DNA of 64,000 nt. Source: Bacteroidia bacterium. Lineage in GTDB: Bacteria; Bacteroidota; Bacteroidia; NS11-12g; UBA9320. Below the pieces are notes generated by a model. It ran no database searches, was not told where the DNA came from, and saw only the letters and a program-made list of their open reading frames with translations. The stretch lies in NCBI GenBank assembly GCA_965216465.1, contig CBDCFW010000006.1, positions 928,001 through 992,000 on the forward strand, read 5' to 3'. A program made the position numbers and the translations under genes. Shown in pieces: positions 20,454 to 31,732 of the stretch (positions within the stretch are counted from its first letter, which is position 1; each line of letters begins with the position of its first letter).

Positions 20454-21292
20454 TATAGTACATTTAAGCCCAAGCGCACTTCAGAATCTAAAAGTACAAA
20501 TAGTTTGGTTGCATTGTTTACGCGAATTCGCGTTTGTAAGATATGTTGCGGTTCTGTTTGTTCAAGTTTCTTGAAAAGCTTGAGGTAGTAACGATAGGCT
20601 ACATATACACCCTTTCTTGCTGATGTTGGAAGTTGAGCGATCCCTTTATATGCTTCTTCAAAATCTTCACGAATCTCAGATACTATCATTGATTTTTGCT
20701 CTTGACTCATAGCATGAAGATCTAAGTTTGGGAAATAAGATCTATTCAATACTTCAGCGTCGTTTCTCAAATCGCGTAAGAAATTTACCTTTTGAAACGC
20801 CGAACCAAGACGCATTGCAGGTGCTTTTAATCTTTGGTACTCTGCTTCATTTCCCTTTACAAAAACTTTTAGGCACATCAAGCCAACCACATCTGCTGAA
20901 CCGTAAATGTATTTTGCTAGTTCTTCAGTGGATGTGTAATTGGTTTTGTGTAAATCTGCTCGCATGCTATCTAAGAAGGCTTGAACCAAATCAGGAGTGA
21001 TATTACACTCATTAACCGTTTGCTGAAATGCATGAATAACCGGATTGATACTTAAACCATGCTGCACAGCTTGGTGATAATCTGCCTCAAATTGGTTAAG
21101 TAAGTGCTCTTGCGGATAATCATGAAATGTATCTACGATTTCATCTGCAAGTCGAACAAAGCCATAGATATTATAGATGTGTTGACGAATATCAGACGAA
21201 AGCAGTTTTACCGCCAAAGAAAATGAAGTGCTGTATTGTTTGGTTATGGTCTGTGCACTTTCTGCTGAAATGTTGTCGTATAGGTGTTTCAT
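20453..21292 (-). CDS. crtB: Phytoene synthase
   Basis: YSTSFS, VRLADEIVD, YIYGSADVVGLM, NFLRD. Confidence 0.9.
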   Translation of the reverse strand: MKHLYDNISAESAQTITKQYSTSFSLAVKLLSSDIRQHIYNIYGFVRLADEIVDTFHDYPQEHLLNQFEADYHQAVQHGLSINPVIHAFQQTVNECNITPDLVQAFLDSMRADLHKTNYTSTEELAKYIYGSADVVGLMCLKVFVKGNEAEYQRLKAPAMRLGSAFQKVNFLRDLRNDAEVLNRSYFPNLDLHAMSQEQKSMIVSEIREDFEEAYKGIAQLPTSARKGVYVAYRYYLKLFKKLEQTEPQHILQTRIRVNNATKLFVLLDSEVRLGLNVL

Positions 21293-22752
21293 ATGATGTG
21301 GTTTACAATTTGTTGAGATGCGATCTTCCCGGATATTAATGCTGGAGGAACTCCAGGTCCTGGCACAGTCAGCTGCCCAGTAAAGTACAGGTGATCAACT
21401 TTTTTACTTTTTATTTTAGGTCGCATAAATGCGGTTTGCTTTAGGGTATTTGCCAATCCATAGGCATTTCCTTTAAACGAGTTGTAGTCAGAAATGAAAT
21501 CATTAACACAGTATGATTTGCTAAAAAGAATGTGTTCTCGAATTGGTGTTTTAAGAAGTCGCTCCATTCGCTGTATTATCATTTCTAAATAGTGCTTTCT
21601 CATTTCTTCGGTGTCGGTTAAGCCAGGAGCTATTGGAATTAGAAAGGTTGCAGCTTCCTTGCCATCAGGAGCGAGACTTGTATCAGTTTTACTCGCGAAA
21701 CTGGCATAGAACATAGGTTCTTCTGGCCATTCGATTGTATCGTAAATAGAGTTGGCGTGTACATCAAAGTCCGTGTCAAAAAACAAGGTGTGATGTGATA
21801 CTCCTTCAATCTTCTTATCAAAACCAACATATAGGAGTAGCGAGGATGGAGCAAAAGTTTTTTTGTTCCAGTATTTTTCATTGTATTGCCTTTGATGAAC
21901 GTCTAATAGTTGTTCAGTGTGATGGTAATCTGCACCGCTTAAAACATAATTAGCCAATCGTTCTTCGCCATTAATCTGAAGGCCATATGCGATGTTATCT
22001 TGAACCAAGATTTTCTCGACATTTGCGTTGGTTTCAAATCTTACCCCGAGAGATCTTGCCAGTTCAACCATAGCGTCAACAACTTTGCCCATTCCTCCCT
22101 CCGGATGCCAAGTCCCCAAACCAAAATCGGCCCAATTCATGAAATTGTATAGCGATGGAGTTTGATTTGGCTTTGCTCCTAGAAATAAAACAGGGAATTC
22201 CAGTATTTTAATTAACCGATCACTTTTTATATGCTTTCGAATGTCTTTGCTGATATTACCAAAAACTTGATTAATAAGTCCTACAGTTTTTGGAGTTATG
22301 AGCTCAAGAGGTGAATTGCCTGGTTTGTACACGAGGTCTTCTATGGCGACTTGATAGTTTTTCTTAGCCGAATTTAGAAAGCGTTTAAGATGAATAGAGC
22401 TACCAGGCTCTTCCTGCTCAAAAATTTCGATAATTTCCTCCAAACTCCCAGGAATAGTGATGCTGTCATCTTGATCAAAATAGACCTGGTAAGCGGGGTC
22501 AAGTCGGTTGAGTTGGTAGAAGTCACTTGGTTTAAGGTTAAAATCTGCAAAGAAGCGTTCAAAAACGTCTGGCATCCAATACCAAGTTGGTCCCATATCG
22601 AAGGTGAACCCATCTTGGGTAAAGACTTGAGCACGACCACCGAGGTGACCGTTTTTTTCAAATACAATCACGTCATATCCTGCTTGAGCAAGGTAACATG
22701 CCGACGATAATGATGAAAATCCACTACCAACAATATTTACGGTTTGTTTCAT
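21289..22752 (-). CDS. crtI: Phytoene desaturase
   Basis: GSGFSSL, FDMGPTWYWMP, PGPGVPPALISG; start trimmed to MKQTV. Confidence 0.9.
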   Translation of the reverse strand: MKQTVNIVGSGFSSLSSACYLAQAGYDVIVFEKNGHLGGRAQVFTQDGFTFDMGPTWYWMPDVFERFFADFNLKPSDFYQLNRLDPAYQVYFDQDDSITIPGSLEEIIEIFEQEEPGSSIHLKRFLNSAKKNYQVAIEDLVYKPGNSPLELITPKTVGLINQVFGNISKDIRKHIKSDRLIKILEFPVLFLGAKPNQTPSLYNFMNWADFGLGTWHPEGGMGKVVDAMVELARSLGVRFETNANVEKILVQDNIAYGLQINGEERLANYVLSGADYHHTEQLLDVHQRQYNEKYWNKKTFAPSSLLLYVGFDKKIEGVSHHTLFFDTDFDVHANSIYDTIEWPEEPMFYASFASKTDTSLAPDGKEAATFLIPIAPGLTDTEEMRKHYLEMIIQRMERLLKTPIREHILFSKSYCVNDFISDYNSFKGNAYGLANTLKQTAFMRPKIKSKKVDHLYFTGQLTVPGPGVPPALISGKIASQQIVNHII

Positions 22753-22868
22753 TTTGTTTAAAATTTTAACAAAAAGATTAAACAAAAGTTTGGTTGAATA
22801 AAGATTTTTTTTTGAAATCATGGTTTAGAAGCAGACTTGAAATTGAAAATCAGCATAATTTCGCAGCA

Positions 22869-24908
22869 ATGCAGGCACCTATTGCTAAGAAGGTCGCAAA
22901 GACCTTAACTATTCACAATGATGATAGAATAGATAATTATTATTGGTTAAATGATCGTGAGGATGCTGAGGTTATTGATTACCTCAATAAAGAAAATGAA
23001 TATACATCTCGTTGTATGGCACCTACTGAGAAGCTTCAGGAGAATCTATACGATGAAATTGTTGGTAGGATAAAGAAAGACGACGAATCTGTTCCTTATA
23101 AAAAGAATGGATACTGGTATTACACGCGCTATGAAAAAGGAGGTGAGTATCCTATTTACTGTCGAAAAAAAGAAAGCATGGAGGCAAACGAGGAAATTAT
23201 GCTTAACGTGAATAAGCTTGCTGCAGACTATGCCTATTATAAAGTTGGTGGGATGGGAGTTAGTCCAGATAATACAATGCTTGTTTATGGTGAAGACACA
23301 GTTAGTAGAAGAATTTATAGTCTAAAACTCAAGAGTCTGGTTACGGGCGAATACTTTGATTTTGAAGTTAGCGGAACTACAGGTTCAGCTTGTTGGGCAA
23401 ATGACAACGAGACTTTGTACTATACTGAGAAAGACGAACAGACATTACGCTCGTTTAAAATCAAGTCGATTAATATTCGAACGAAGGAGGAGCGAGTTCA
23501 CTTTGTTGAAGAAGATGAAGCTTTTTATTGTGGAGTTTATAAAAGTAAAAGTAGAGACTACATCATCATATCTTCTGGAAGTACGCTTACTTCAGAGTTT
23601 CATACCCTATCAGCAAATGAGCCAGAAGGGAGTTTTGAGGTGTTTCAACCCCGAATTCGTGAAATGGAATACACCATTAGCCACTACAATGATAAGTGGT
23701 ATGTAATGACCAATTGGGAAGCTCAAAATTTTAGATTGATGACTGCTAAGCTTGGGAAATCGAGTAGAGAAGATTGGGTAGAGGTTATAGCACATCGTGA
23801 TAAAACTTTGTTGGAAGGCATCGAAATTTTCAAGGATTACTTGGTGGTAGAAGAAAAGACAAACGGGCAGAATCAAATGCGTGTGATTAATGTAAAAACG
23901 AACGATGAGTACTATATGCAATTTGACTCTGAGACGTATGACGTTTGGGCGGGGGTTAATCCTGAGTTTGACACTGAAGTACTTCGTTTTGGCTACACCA
24001 GCATGACCACTCCTTCGTCTGTTTTAGAGATGAATATGCGAACCCAAGAACGCAAGCTGCTAAAGCAACATGAAATAGTTGGCGGATATGATGAAGACCT
24101 ATACACCTCAAAAAGACTATGGGCAACAGCGAGAGACGGGGCAAAAGTTCCTATGAGTATGGTTTATCGTAAAGATAAATTTGATGAGAATGGAACAAAT
24201 CCACTGCTGTTATATGCTTATGGAAGTTACGGACATTCAATCGACCCCTATTTTAGCTCAATTCGATTGAGTTTGCTTGACCGTGGGTTCGTTTATGTTA
24301 TAACCCACATTCGTGGGGGTGAAGATTTAGGAAGAGCGTGGTACGAAGACGGAAAGCTCTTGAATAAAAAGAATACCTTTTATGATTTCATAGATAGTGC
24401 AGAATTCCTAATTGAAGAAGGATATACAACCAAACAAAAACTATACGCCATGGGTGGGAGTGCGGGAGGTTTATTGATGGGAGCTGTTATTAATTTCAGA
24501 CCTGATCTTTGGAAAGGTGTAATTGCAGCAGTTCCTTTTGTTGATGTTGTAACGACAATGTTAGATGAAACCATTCCATTAACAACAGGAGAGTACGACG
24601 AATGGGGAAATCCCAACAATGAAGAGTATTACAAGTATATTAAGAGTTATTCGCCATACGATAATGTAGAAGCAAAAGAGTATCCTAACTTGCTGGTAAC
24701 TACAGGTTTGCACGATAGTCAGGTGCAATATTGGGAGCCAGCCAAATGGGTGGCAAAATTGCGAGACCATAAAACGGATGACAATCTATTACTTCTTCAT
24801 TGCAATATGGAAACAGGACATGGTGGTGCGAGTGGAAGATTTTCTGTTCATAAAGAAACAGCCATGGAATACGCTTTTCTATTAATGGTTGAAGGAATTG
24901 ATAAATAA
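22869..24908 (+). CDS. ptrB: Oligopeptidase B (S9A)
   Basis: DNYYWL, GGSAGG nucleophile, HDSQVQYWEPAKW, GHGGASGR. Confidence 0.9.
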   Translation: MQAPIAKKVAKTLTIHNDDRIDNYYWLNDREDAEVIDYLNKENEYTSRCMAPTEKLQENLYDEIVGRIKKDDESVPYKKNGYWYYTRYEKGGEYPIYCRKKESMEANEEIMLNVNKLAADYAYYKVGGMGVSPDNTMLVYGEDTVSRRIYSLKLKSLVTGEYFDFEVSGTTGSACWANDNETLYYTEKDEQTLRSFKIKSINIRTKEERVHFVEEDEAFYCGVYKSKSRDYIIISSGSTLTSEFHTLSANEPEGSFEVFQPRIREMEYTISHYNDKWYVMTNWEAQNFRLMTAKLGKSSREDWVEVIAHRDKTLLEGIEIFKDYLVVEEKTNGQNQMRVINVKTNDEYYMQFDSETYDVWAGVNPEFDTEVLRFGYTSMTTPSSVLEMNMRTQERKLLKQHEIVGGYDEDLYTSKRLWATARDGAKVPMSMVYRKDKFDENGTNPLLLYAYGSYGHSIDPYFSSIRLSLLDRGFVYVITHIRGGEDLGRAWYEDGKLLNKKNTFYDFIDSAEFLIEEGYTTKQKLYAMGGSAGGLLMGAVINFRPDLWKGVIAAVPFVDVVTTMLDETIPLTTGEYDEWGNPNNEEYYKYIKSYSPYDNVEAKEYPNLLVTTGLHDSQVQYWEPAKWVAKLRDHKTDDNLLLLHCNMETGHGGASGRFSVHKETAMEYAFLLMVEGIDK

Positions 24909-24942
24909 CATGACTTTCTTTGTGGAACGACATAATCTAAGT

Positions 24943-25560
24943 ATGAAAAATATAGTTCTAATCGTCATTTTTTTTGCATTTGGATGTAACAGCAATTCCT
25001 CTAACGATAATTCACATCTCAGATCCCCCCAATATCCTAATGATTATGTAAAAAAAGTACTTCGCTATCAAGATAGTTTTAGCGTGGCCTATGCCTCAGG
25101 TTCAAATGGTATTTTGCTGCCCGAAGATATTTCTCCTGAAACTAAGCTAGATTTCTACCTGCCAAAAGAAAACTATAGGGTGAAAGCTAGTTTTGAGCGT
25201 ATTATTGATGGCGAGGTGTTTGAGATGCCAACTTCAACTGAAAGGCTGCCAAAATACCGACCATTTGGTAAGTTTCATTTTTTACTCAATGCTGAAGAAT
25301 TAGAGCTTACGCTATACCAAAGTTTGGATCATCCTGAATATTTATTTTGCCCTTTCAAAGATTTAACGAACGGGGAGACTACTTATGGAGCTGGAAGATA
25401 CCTTGACTTTGAAATGAGCGACACTTTAGATCCGGTAATTGATTTTAACTATTGCTACAATCCACTTTGTGCCTATAACTATAAATATTCATGCCCGATT
25501 CCGCCTGCTGAGAATCATTTAAATGTTAAGATAGAGGCAGGAATAAAGAAGTGGCACTAA
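24943..25560 (+). CDS. DUF1684 lipoprotein
   Basis: FKDLTNGETTYGAGRYL, DFN..YNP.CAYN..YSCPIPP.EN. Confidence 0.85.
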   Translation: MKNIVLIVIFFAFGCNSNSSNDNSHLRSPQYPNDYVKKVLRYQDSFSVAYASGSNGILLPEDISPETKLDFYLPKENYRVKASFERIIDGEVFEMPTSTERLPKYRPFGKFHFLLNAEELELTLYQSLDHPEYLFCPFKDLTNGETTYGAGRYLDFEMSDTLDPVIDFNYCYNPLCAYNYKYSCPIPPAENHLNVKIEAGIKKWH

Positions 25561-25596
25561 ATCTCACTTGAATTGCTACTTTTGCAGCTATTAATA

Positions 25597-26559
25597 ATGG
25601 CTGAAAAGATACTTGTTTTAGGTGCCTGTGGTCAAGTTGGAACGGAATTGGTTGAGAACCTACAATCCATCTATGGCCCATCTTCAATAGTTGCTAGCGA
25701 CATTCGAACTTCCGACAATCCAGTTTTTGAAAATTCAGAATTTGAGATGCTTGATGTCTTAGATAAGAAGAGAATTGCGGAAGTGTTTACGAAACATAAA
25801 CCAACTATCGTTTATCACCTTGCAGCATTGCTTTCTGCTACCGCGGAGCAAAATCCTAAATTTGGCTGGGAGCTGAATATGGATGGTACATTTAACATCT
25901 TTGATGCCTGCCTAGAGTTTGGAGTGAAGCGCATTTTCTGGCCAAGTTCAATTGCAGTATTTGGTCCAACTACTCCAAGAGTAAATACCCCTCAAAGCAC
26001 TATTTTAGAGCCCAATACGATTTACGGAATAACTAAACTTGCTGGAGAACGTTATTGTGAATACTATCACAATCGCTATGGGTTAGATGTGAGAAGTATT
26101 CGATATCCTGGCCTTATCGGATGGAAATCTTTGCCTGGAGGAGGAACTACTGATTACGCTGTAGATATATTTCATCAGGCACTTAAGTCGAACAGCTATG
26201 AATGCTTTCTAACCGAAGGTACAACCTTGCCAATGATGCATATGGCCGATGCGGTTAGAGCAACAATTGAAATTACAGATGCTGACTCATCTCTAATTAA
26301 AGTAAGAAGCAGCTACAACATTGCAGGTGTATCCTTTAATCCGGCAGAATTATCTGATGCCATTCGCGTGCATATGCCAGAGTTCAACATTACTTACAAT
26401 CCAGATCATCGCCAAAAAATTGCGAGCAGCTGGCCACAAAGTATTGATGACTCTGTTGCGAGAGCCGATTGGGGTTGGAAAGAAGAATACAACCTTGAGA
26501 ATCTTGTTAAAGACATGCTCTCCAATCTGAGAAGCTCCTACACCAATACACAAAACTAA
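25597..26559 (+). CDS. L-threonine 3-dehydrogenase-like SDR
   Basis: GACGQVG, YGITK, PGGGTTDY. Confidence 0.85.
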   Translation: MAEKILVLGACGQVGTELVENLQSIYGPSSIVASDIRTSDNPVFENSEFEMLDVLDKKRIAEVFTKHKPTIVYHLAALLSATAEQNPKFGWELNMDGTFNIFDACLEFGVKRIFWPSSIAVFGPTTPRVNTPQSTILEPNTIYGITKLAGERYCEYYHNRYGLDVRSIRYPGLIGWKSLPGGGTTDYAVDIFHQALKSNSYECFLTEGTTLPMMHMADAVRATIEITDADSSLIKVRSSYNIAGVSFNPAELSDAIRVHMPEFNITYNPDHRQKIASSWPQSIDDSVARADWGWKEEYNLENLVKDMLSNLRSSYTNTQN

Positions 26560-26561
26560 TT

Positions 26562-27554
26562 ATGAAGAAAATAATTGTATTTCTATTGCTTGCAATATCA
26601 ACGGCAAGTGCAGTGGCTCAAATAAGCACTGTAAGCGTTAATAAGCCTTTGGCATATTTCAATCCGGCATTGCAAAATTACGAAACAGAGCATGGTGTTA
26701 TTAGTGCAAGCTATGTGGTAAATCCATTCAGACAAGAAGTACCTGATGCTAACTTTTTAGTGGCAGGAGAATACCTATTCAATGAGAACTTTAGAGCTGG
26801 ATTTCATGGATCTAAAGTTGATTCACGGTTGAATTTATATAACGAGTATAAAGCCTATATGTCGTACCGCTTTGAGTTAGAGAAAGGGAACTATTTGATT
26901 CTTGGAATTGATGCCGGTTCTTTTAATGACGTTGTAAAAACAGGAGAATTCAACAAGGTTTTAAGCCCAAACGTGTTTACGTATGACGATTCTCTTTCTA
27001 AAGGAGCCGACCTAGGTTTAGGCTTTGCATACAACTACAATGGTTTCACCTTTGGGTTAGGCATGAGTAAGCTTAATGGTCCGGATGTTTTTGAGTTTCC
27101 AGAACCCTTCTTTGAACAAGTATATGAATACAACCAAGATTCATCAGCAATTATTGACTCCTCATTTCAGTTGGCAAACGATACCTTCAACATTACAACG
27201 AAAAGAAAATTTGACATAGAAACAAACATCAACATGATGTATGAATGGGAACCAAATGACAAGTTAAAGATGATCCATTCGATGCAGTTTGGAAATATCA
27301 GCTTAGAAAGCCTGGAATTTTTCTCATTCCAAAATATGGCAATAATTAATGATCGTCACTCATTGGGACTTGGGGTATTTCATAACGGAACTACAGGATT
27401 TAATGCATCAGCAGGTTACGGAATTACACCGAATATAAAACTTGAGGCGAGTGCTTTCTTTGCTCAAGATTTAAATTGGGATGCAACCGTGAACGATTAC
27501 ATTAGCAATGGTTACAAGCCTGCCTTGGAGTTCAATGCTCGTTTCGAGTTTTAA
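26562..27554 (+). CDS. Outer-membrane protein, PorP/SprF-like
   Basis: Signal peptide; YFNPA; C-terminal RFEF. Confidence 0.5.
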   Translation: MKKIIVFLLLAISTASAVAQISTVSVNKPLAYFNPALQNYETEHGVISASYVVNPFRQEVPDANFLVAGEYLFNENFRAGFHGSKVDSRLNLYNEYKAYMSYRFELEKGNYLILGIDAGSFNDVVKTGEFNKVLSPNVFTYDDSLSKGADLGLGFAYNYNGFTFGLGMSKLNGPDVFEFPEPFFEQVYEYNQDSSAIIDSSFQLANDTFNITTKRKFDIETNINMMYEWEPNDKLKMIHSMQFGNISLESLEFFSFQNMAIINDRHSLGLGVFHNGTTGFNASAGYGITPNIKLEASAFFAQDLNWDATVNDYISNGYKPALEFNARFEF

Positions 27555-27570
27555 GAACTAATCTTCTTAG

Positions 27571-29691
27571 TTAGTAGTCAAGCAAATCTTGGATTACAGC
27601 AGCTACCTTTTCTACGTTTGGTAGCATCTCCTTCTCTAGATCAACATTTAGCGGCACTGCTGGAATGTCTAACGATCCAACAGTTTGTACCGGAGCATCA
27701 AGATGTTGGAAACATTCATTTTGAATACGCCCTGCAATGGCTTGTGCAAAAGAGTTATTTAACGTTTCTTCAGTAAGAACAATAGCCTTATTGTGTCGTT
27801 TTACAGACTCAAAAATTGCTTCATCATCGCAAGGACTTAAACTCCTAAGATCAAGGATTTCTACCTGCCCTTTAAATTGTTTTGAAGCATTGGTCGCCCA
27901 CCAAACACCCATACCATAAGTAATTATAGTTAAAGTTTCACCCATTTCAAGTCTATCGGCATCTGCGTGCTGATGTATTCTTGCTTTTCCTAGCGGGATG
28001 ATATAATCTTTATCAGGTTCGATTGTTTTTGCACCTTCAGTTCCGGGAACCTTACTCCAATAAATGCCCTTGTGCTCAAACATGATAACTGGATTTGGAT
28101 CATAAAAGGCAGCCTTCATTAATCCCTTCATATCTGCAGCATTACTTGGGTATGCTACTTTTATTCCTTTGATTGGAAGAATAGAAGATTCTACAGTTCC
28201 GCTATGGTAAGGACCGCCGCCGCCATACGCTCCAGTTGGAACACGAATTACGCTTTGAACATTGAATTTACCATTTGATAAATAATGAGTTTTAGAAAGT
28301 TCAGTAACCAACTGATTCATACCTGGCCAGATGTAGTCGGCAAATTGTACCTCAACAATAGGCTTACATCCAACCGCACTCATACCACTTGTTGACCCAA
28401 TAATGTATGCTTCTTGAATTGGGGTGTTAAACACACGATGTTTCCCGTGTTTGTCAGCTAAAGTTGCTGCCTCACGAAATACACCGCCAAGTCTGTATCC
28501 TACATCTTGTCCATAAAGCAAGGCTTCAGGGTGGTCTTTTAAAATTTCGTCTACTGCATGAAGTGCAGCATCTACCATTATTACCTTTTCAGCACCTGCT
28601 GGCTCTCTATTTCCAGACTCTTCAGTTACTGGGGTTGGAGCAATTACATGATCTGTTACACTACTGAGGTCGTGATCTTCGGCATTTACCGCCAGGTCAA
28701 ATTCGTTTTTTATGTAGGCAATTGCCTCTTTTTCAATAGCATCAATTTCTTCTTGAGTAATTCCATTATTGAGTGCTAAATCGATCGCAAATTTCAGTGG
28801 GTCAAGTTTTTGATGCTCGTCTAAGTCGTCACGATACCATTCTCTACGCACACCTGATGTGTGATGACCCAATAAAGGAACTTTTCCGTGAATCAACATG
28901 GGTTTTTGGTTCTTTCTTACCCATTTTACAGCCTTTCCGATTTCTTGGTAGCATTCATCGAAATAAGAACCATTGATGCGTATGCGTTTTAATCCTTTAA
29001 ATCCAGCACCAAATTCGTACGCATCCATGGCACGCATTTCTTCACCACTAGCAGATATTCCCCAATCATTATCTTGAACAAAATAGATGATAGGAAGCTG
29101 ATGTAAAACAGCCATCTGAAGAGCTTCAGAAACTTCACCTTCAGTCATAGAACCATCTCCAATTGAACATACTACAATTGAATCTTTTTCAGCATTCAGT
29201 TTATTAGACTTTAAGTATTGAAGACCATGAGCAATTCCTGTGGTGGGAATGGCCTGCATTCCAGTAGCACTACTTTGATGTGCCATTTTGGGCTTGTCTT
29301 CATCTAAGAGTGAAGGGTGAGAATAATACGTTCTCCCCCCCGAAAAAGGGTCGTCTTTTTTAGCAAGCAGCTGCAACATTAACTCGTGCGGCTTCATACC
29401 AACTCCTAGTAACAATGACTCGTCACGGTAGTATGGAGCCACCCAATCTGTTGATTTTAGATGATAGGCTAGGGCGAGCTGCATAGCTTCATGTCCTTTT
29501 GAAGTAGAATGCACATACGAGGTAATTTGTCTGTTCTCGTCATAGATCTCTGCCATGGCTCTGGCATTGAACATATCGGTTAACAGCCTCTTGTATAACT
29601 CGGTGTTTTTGGGTTTACTTTTTGCTTGCACTGACCTATTCTTTTTACAGTATGCAAGTTTAGGTTTAAATTTACTAATAGGAAACTTCAA
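27571..29691 (-). CDS. 2-oxoacid dehydrogenase E1 alpha/beta fusion (start uncertain)
   Basis: GDGS TPP motif; GGVFR..FNTPIQE; GGGPYHS. Confidence 0.9.
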   Translation of the reverse strand: MKFPISKFKPKLAYCKKNRSVQAKSKPKNTELYKRLLTDMFNARAMAEIYDENRQITSYVHSTSKGHEAMQLALAYHLKSTDWVAPYYRDESLLLGVGMKPHELMLQLLAKKDDPFSGGRTYYSHPSLLDEDKPKMAHQSSATGMQAIPTTGIAHGLQYLKSNKLNAEKDSIVVCSIGDGSMTEGEVSEALQMAVLHQLPIIYFVQDNDWGISASGEEMRAMDAYEFGAGFKGLKRIRINGSYFDECYQEIGKAVKWVRKNQKPMLIHGKVPLLGHHTSGVRREWYRDDLDEHQKLDPLKFAIDLALNNGITQEEIDAIEKEAIAYIKNEFDLAVNAEDHDLSSVTDHVIAPTPVTEESGNREPAGAEKVIMVDAALHAVDEILKDHPEALLYGQDVGYRLGGVFREAATLADKHGKHRVFNTPIQEAYIIGSTSGMSAVGCKPIVEVQFADYIWPGMNQLVTELSKTHYLSNGKFNVQSVIRVPTGAYGGGGPYHSGTVESSILPIKGIKVAYPSNAADMKGLMKAAFYDPNPVIMFEHKGIYWSKVPGTEGAKTIEPDKDYIIPLGKARIHQHADADRLEMGETLTIITYGMGVWWATNASKQFKGQVEILDLRSLSPCDDEAIFESVKRHNKAIVLTEETLNNSFAQAIAGRIQNECFQHLDAPVQTVGSLDIPAVPLNVDLEKEMLPNVEKVAAVIQDLLDY

Positions 29692-29734
29692 AGGCTTAAT
29701 ATTATTGGCTTAACTTTGTGTAGACTGCTACAGT

Positions 29735-31732
29735 ATGTATTCATTAAATACTCCACCCATCAAATCCAGCTTGGCTGAAAGGCTTGCAAAACTTTTTAGC
29801 GGTGAAGATGGTGAAGACAATCTAAGTGATTTTAAATCATACGATAAGTATCAGGAGATAGTGAAATATCTGCCTTTTCTTGTCTACATAAAAGACAAGG
29901 AAGGTCAATACAAAATGGTTAATCAAGCCTTTTGTGATCTACTTGGAATGTCTGAACAACAGATCGTTGGGAAGAATGATGTAGACTTGGGATTGTTCTT
30001 AAACCCAGATCAGATAATTGATGCTGATAAGCAAGTGTTTAGCAGTGGTCAGAAGAAGTATATTCCACTTGAACCGTTTACGGACCGCTATGGAATGTTG
30101 TACTGGTTTCAAACCACAAAATTGCCCTTGGTAGACGAGAATGGTGATGTTAATGAGCTTCTGATTGTATCAAGTGATATTACGAAAAAAATTGAGGTAG
30201 AGCAGCGCTTAACAAAGTCTGAATTACGCTATAAATCAATCTTCGAGAATAACTATTCTGGGATTATTGTAGTAGATAACGAACTGAACATCCACAATAA
30301 AAATAAGGCGTTTAACCAGCTGATTCAATCTGCAGATAAAGGACTATCAAAAGACGACCTTAAGTTATACATAGAAGATGAAGACAAAACAGACCTGATT
30401 GACCTAATGATGGGTTTGGTTTCAAGAAACTATGAATACTTTGACTTGAACTTGTGCTTAACTACAGCTCAAGGCAACAGAGTTGATACAGTGTGTTTTG
30501 TGAGAGGTTTATATAATGATTTAGGCTCTTTTACAGAGGCGGTAATAACGTTTCAAGATATTACCGAAGAGATTAAAAGTAGAAAGGCACTTAAAGAGAG
30601 TGAGAAGCGATTTAGAATCATTGTTGAGAACGCAACAGAGGCTTTACTCTTGCTTGACTTTGAATCTAAAAACTACATCGATACCAATAAAAATGCTGAA
30701 GAGTTATTCGGTTACTCTCGCGAAGAATTGCTTGGACTTAAGCTCGGAGCATTAAGTCCGATTAATCAAACGTCTGGTAACTCAAGCACGGTCTTATCTA
30801 ATCAGTACATGAACCAGGCTGTAAATGGAGAAAATGTTGTTTACGATTGGATTGTACGAAGGAAAGACGGGAAGTTAATTCCATGCGAGGTTCGTTTGGT
30901 TAAACTTCCATATCCAGATCGAACAATCATAAGAACAAGTGTAATTGATATTACCGAACGAAAAAAAGCAGAACACCTATTAAATGCTGAAAAGCAGAAG
31001 TTAGAAGATACCAATACAGAGCTTATTGATTTAAATCACAAGCTCGAAGATCAAACAAAGCAACTGCAAGAGTTTGCTTATATCTCGTCGCATAACTTGA
31101 GATCTCCGGCAGGAAATATCAGAGCGTTACTTGACTTTTATAACAATGATCCATCTGAAGAAAATTTAGGCCTTCTGCTTGAGAAGCTCGAGGTGGTTTC
31201 AGTAGACTTGATGGACACCATAAATGACTTAGCAGATGTGGTTCGAATTAAGAATGAGATATCTAAAGAGGTAGACGAGCTTTACTTGCCAAAGATTATT
31301 GACAAAACACGAGAAAGTTTGAGTCAGCAGATCAAGAAAAGAAGTGCTAAGATTGATGTAGACCTCAATGGGTGTGAAAGAATTAAGGCCTCTAAACCAT
31401 ATATCGAAAGTATCTTCCTAAATCTTATATCTAACGCCCTAAAATACACAGACAATGATAGACAACCTCACATTGTAATCTCGGCTAAGATTGAAGAGAA
31501 TAAATTCATCCTTTCTTTCAAAGACAATGGATTGGGAATTGATCTTGAGAAATATGGAAGTAAGATGTTTGGGCTAAGAAAAACATTCCACCGCAATAGA
31601 GACTCACGTGGGGTCGGACTGTTTATAACAAAGGCTCAAATTGAATCGATGGGTGGAGATATTCGTGTAGAAAGTGAGCCTAATGTGGGCAGTGATTTTA
31701 TAATAACATTACCGAAAGAGATTGTAATATGA
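29735..31732 (+). CDS. PAS-domain sensor histidine kinase
   Basis: Three PAS-like repeats; SHNLRSP; N and G boxes. Confidence 0.9.
   Translation: MYSLNTPPIKSSLAERLAKLFSGEDGEDNLSDFKSYDKYQEIVKYLPFLVYIKDKEGQYKMVNQAFCDLLGMSEQQIVGKNDVDLGLFLNPDQIIDADKQVFSSGQKKYIPLEPFTDRYGMLYWFQTTKLPLVDENGDVNELLIVSSDITKKIEVEQRLTKSELRYKSIFENNYSGIIVVDNELNIHNKNKAFNQLIQSADKGLSKDDLKLYIEDEDKTDLIDLMMGLVSRNYEYFDLNLCLTTAQGNRVDTVCFVRGLYNDLGSFTEAVITFQDITEEIKSRKALKESEKRFRIIVENATEALLLLDFESKNYIDTNKNAEELFGYSREELLGLKLGALSPINQTSGNSSTVLSNQYMNQAVNGENVVYDWIVRRKDGKLIPCEVRLVKLPYPDRTIIRTSVIDITERKKAEHLLNAEKQKLEDTNTELIDLNHKLEDQTKQLQEFAYISSHNLRSPAGNIRALLDFYNNDPSEENLGLLLEKLEVVSVDLMDTINDLADVVRIKNEISKEVDELYLPKIIDKTRESLSQQIKKRSAKIDVDLNGCERIKASKPYIESIFLNLISNALKYTDNDRQPHIVISAKIEENKFILSFKDNGLGIDLEKYGSKMFGLRKTFHRNRDSRGVGLFITKAQIESMGGDIRVESEPNVGSDFIITLPKEIVI

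Noticed and set aside
22753-22800. CarH/LitR-type operator upstream of crtI
   Set aside because: TnnACA-like words are present but the spacing is irregular in very AT-rich DNA; no regulator nearby
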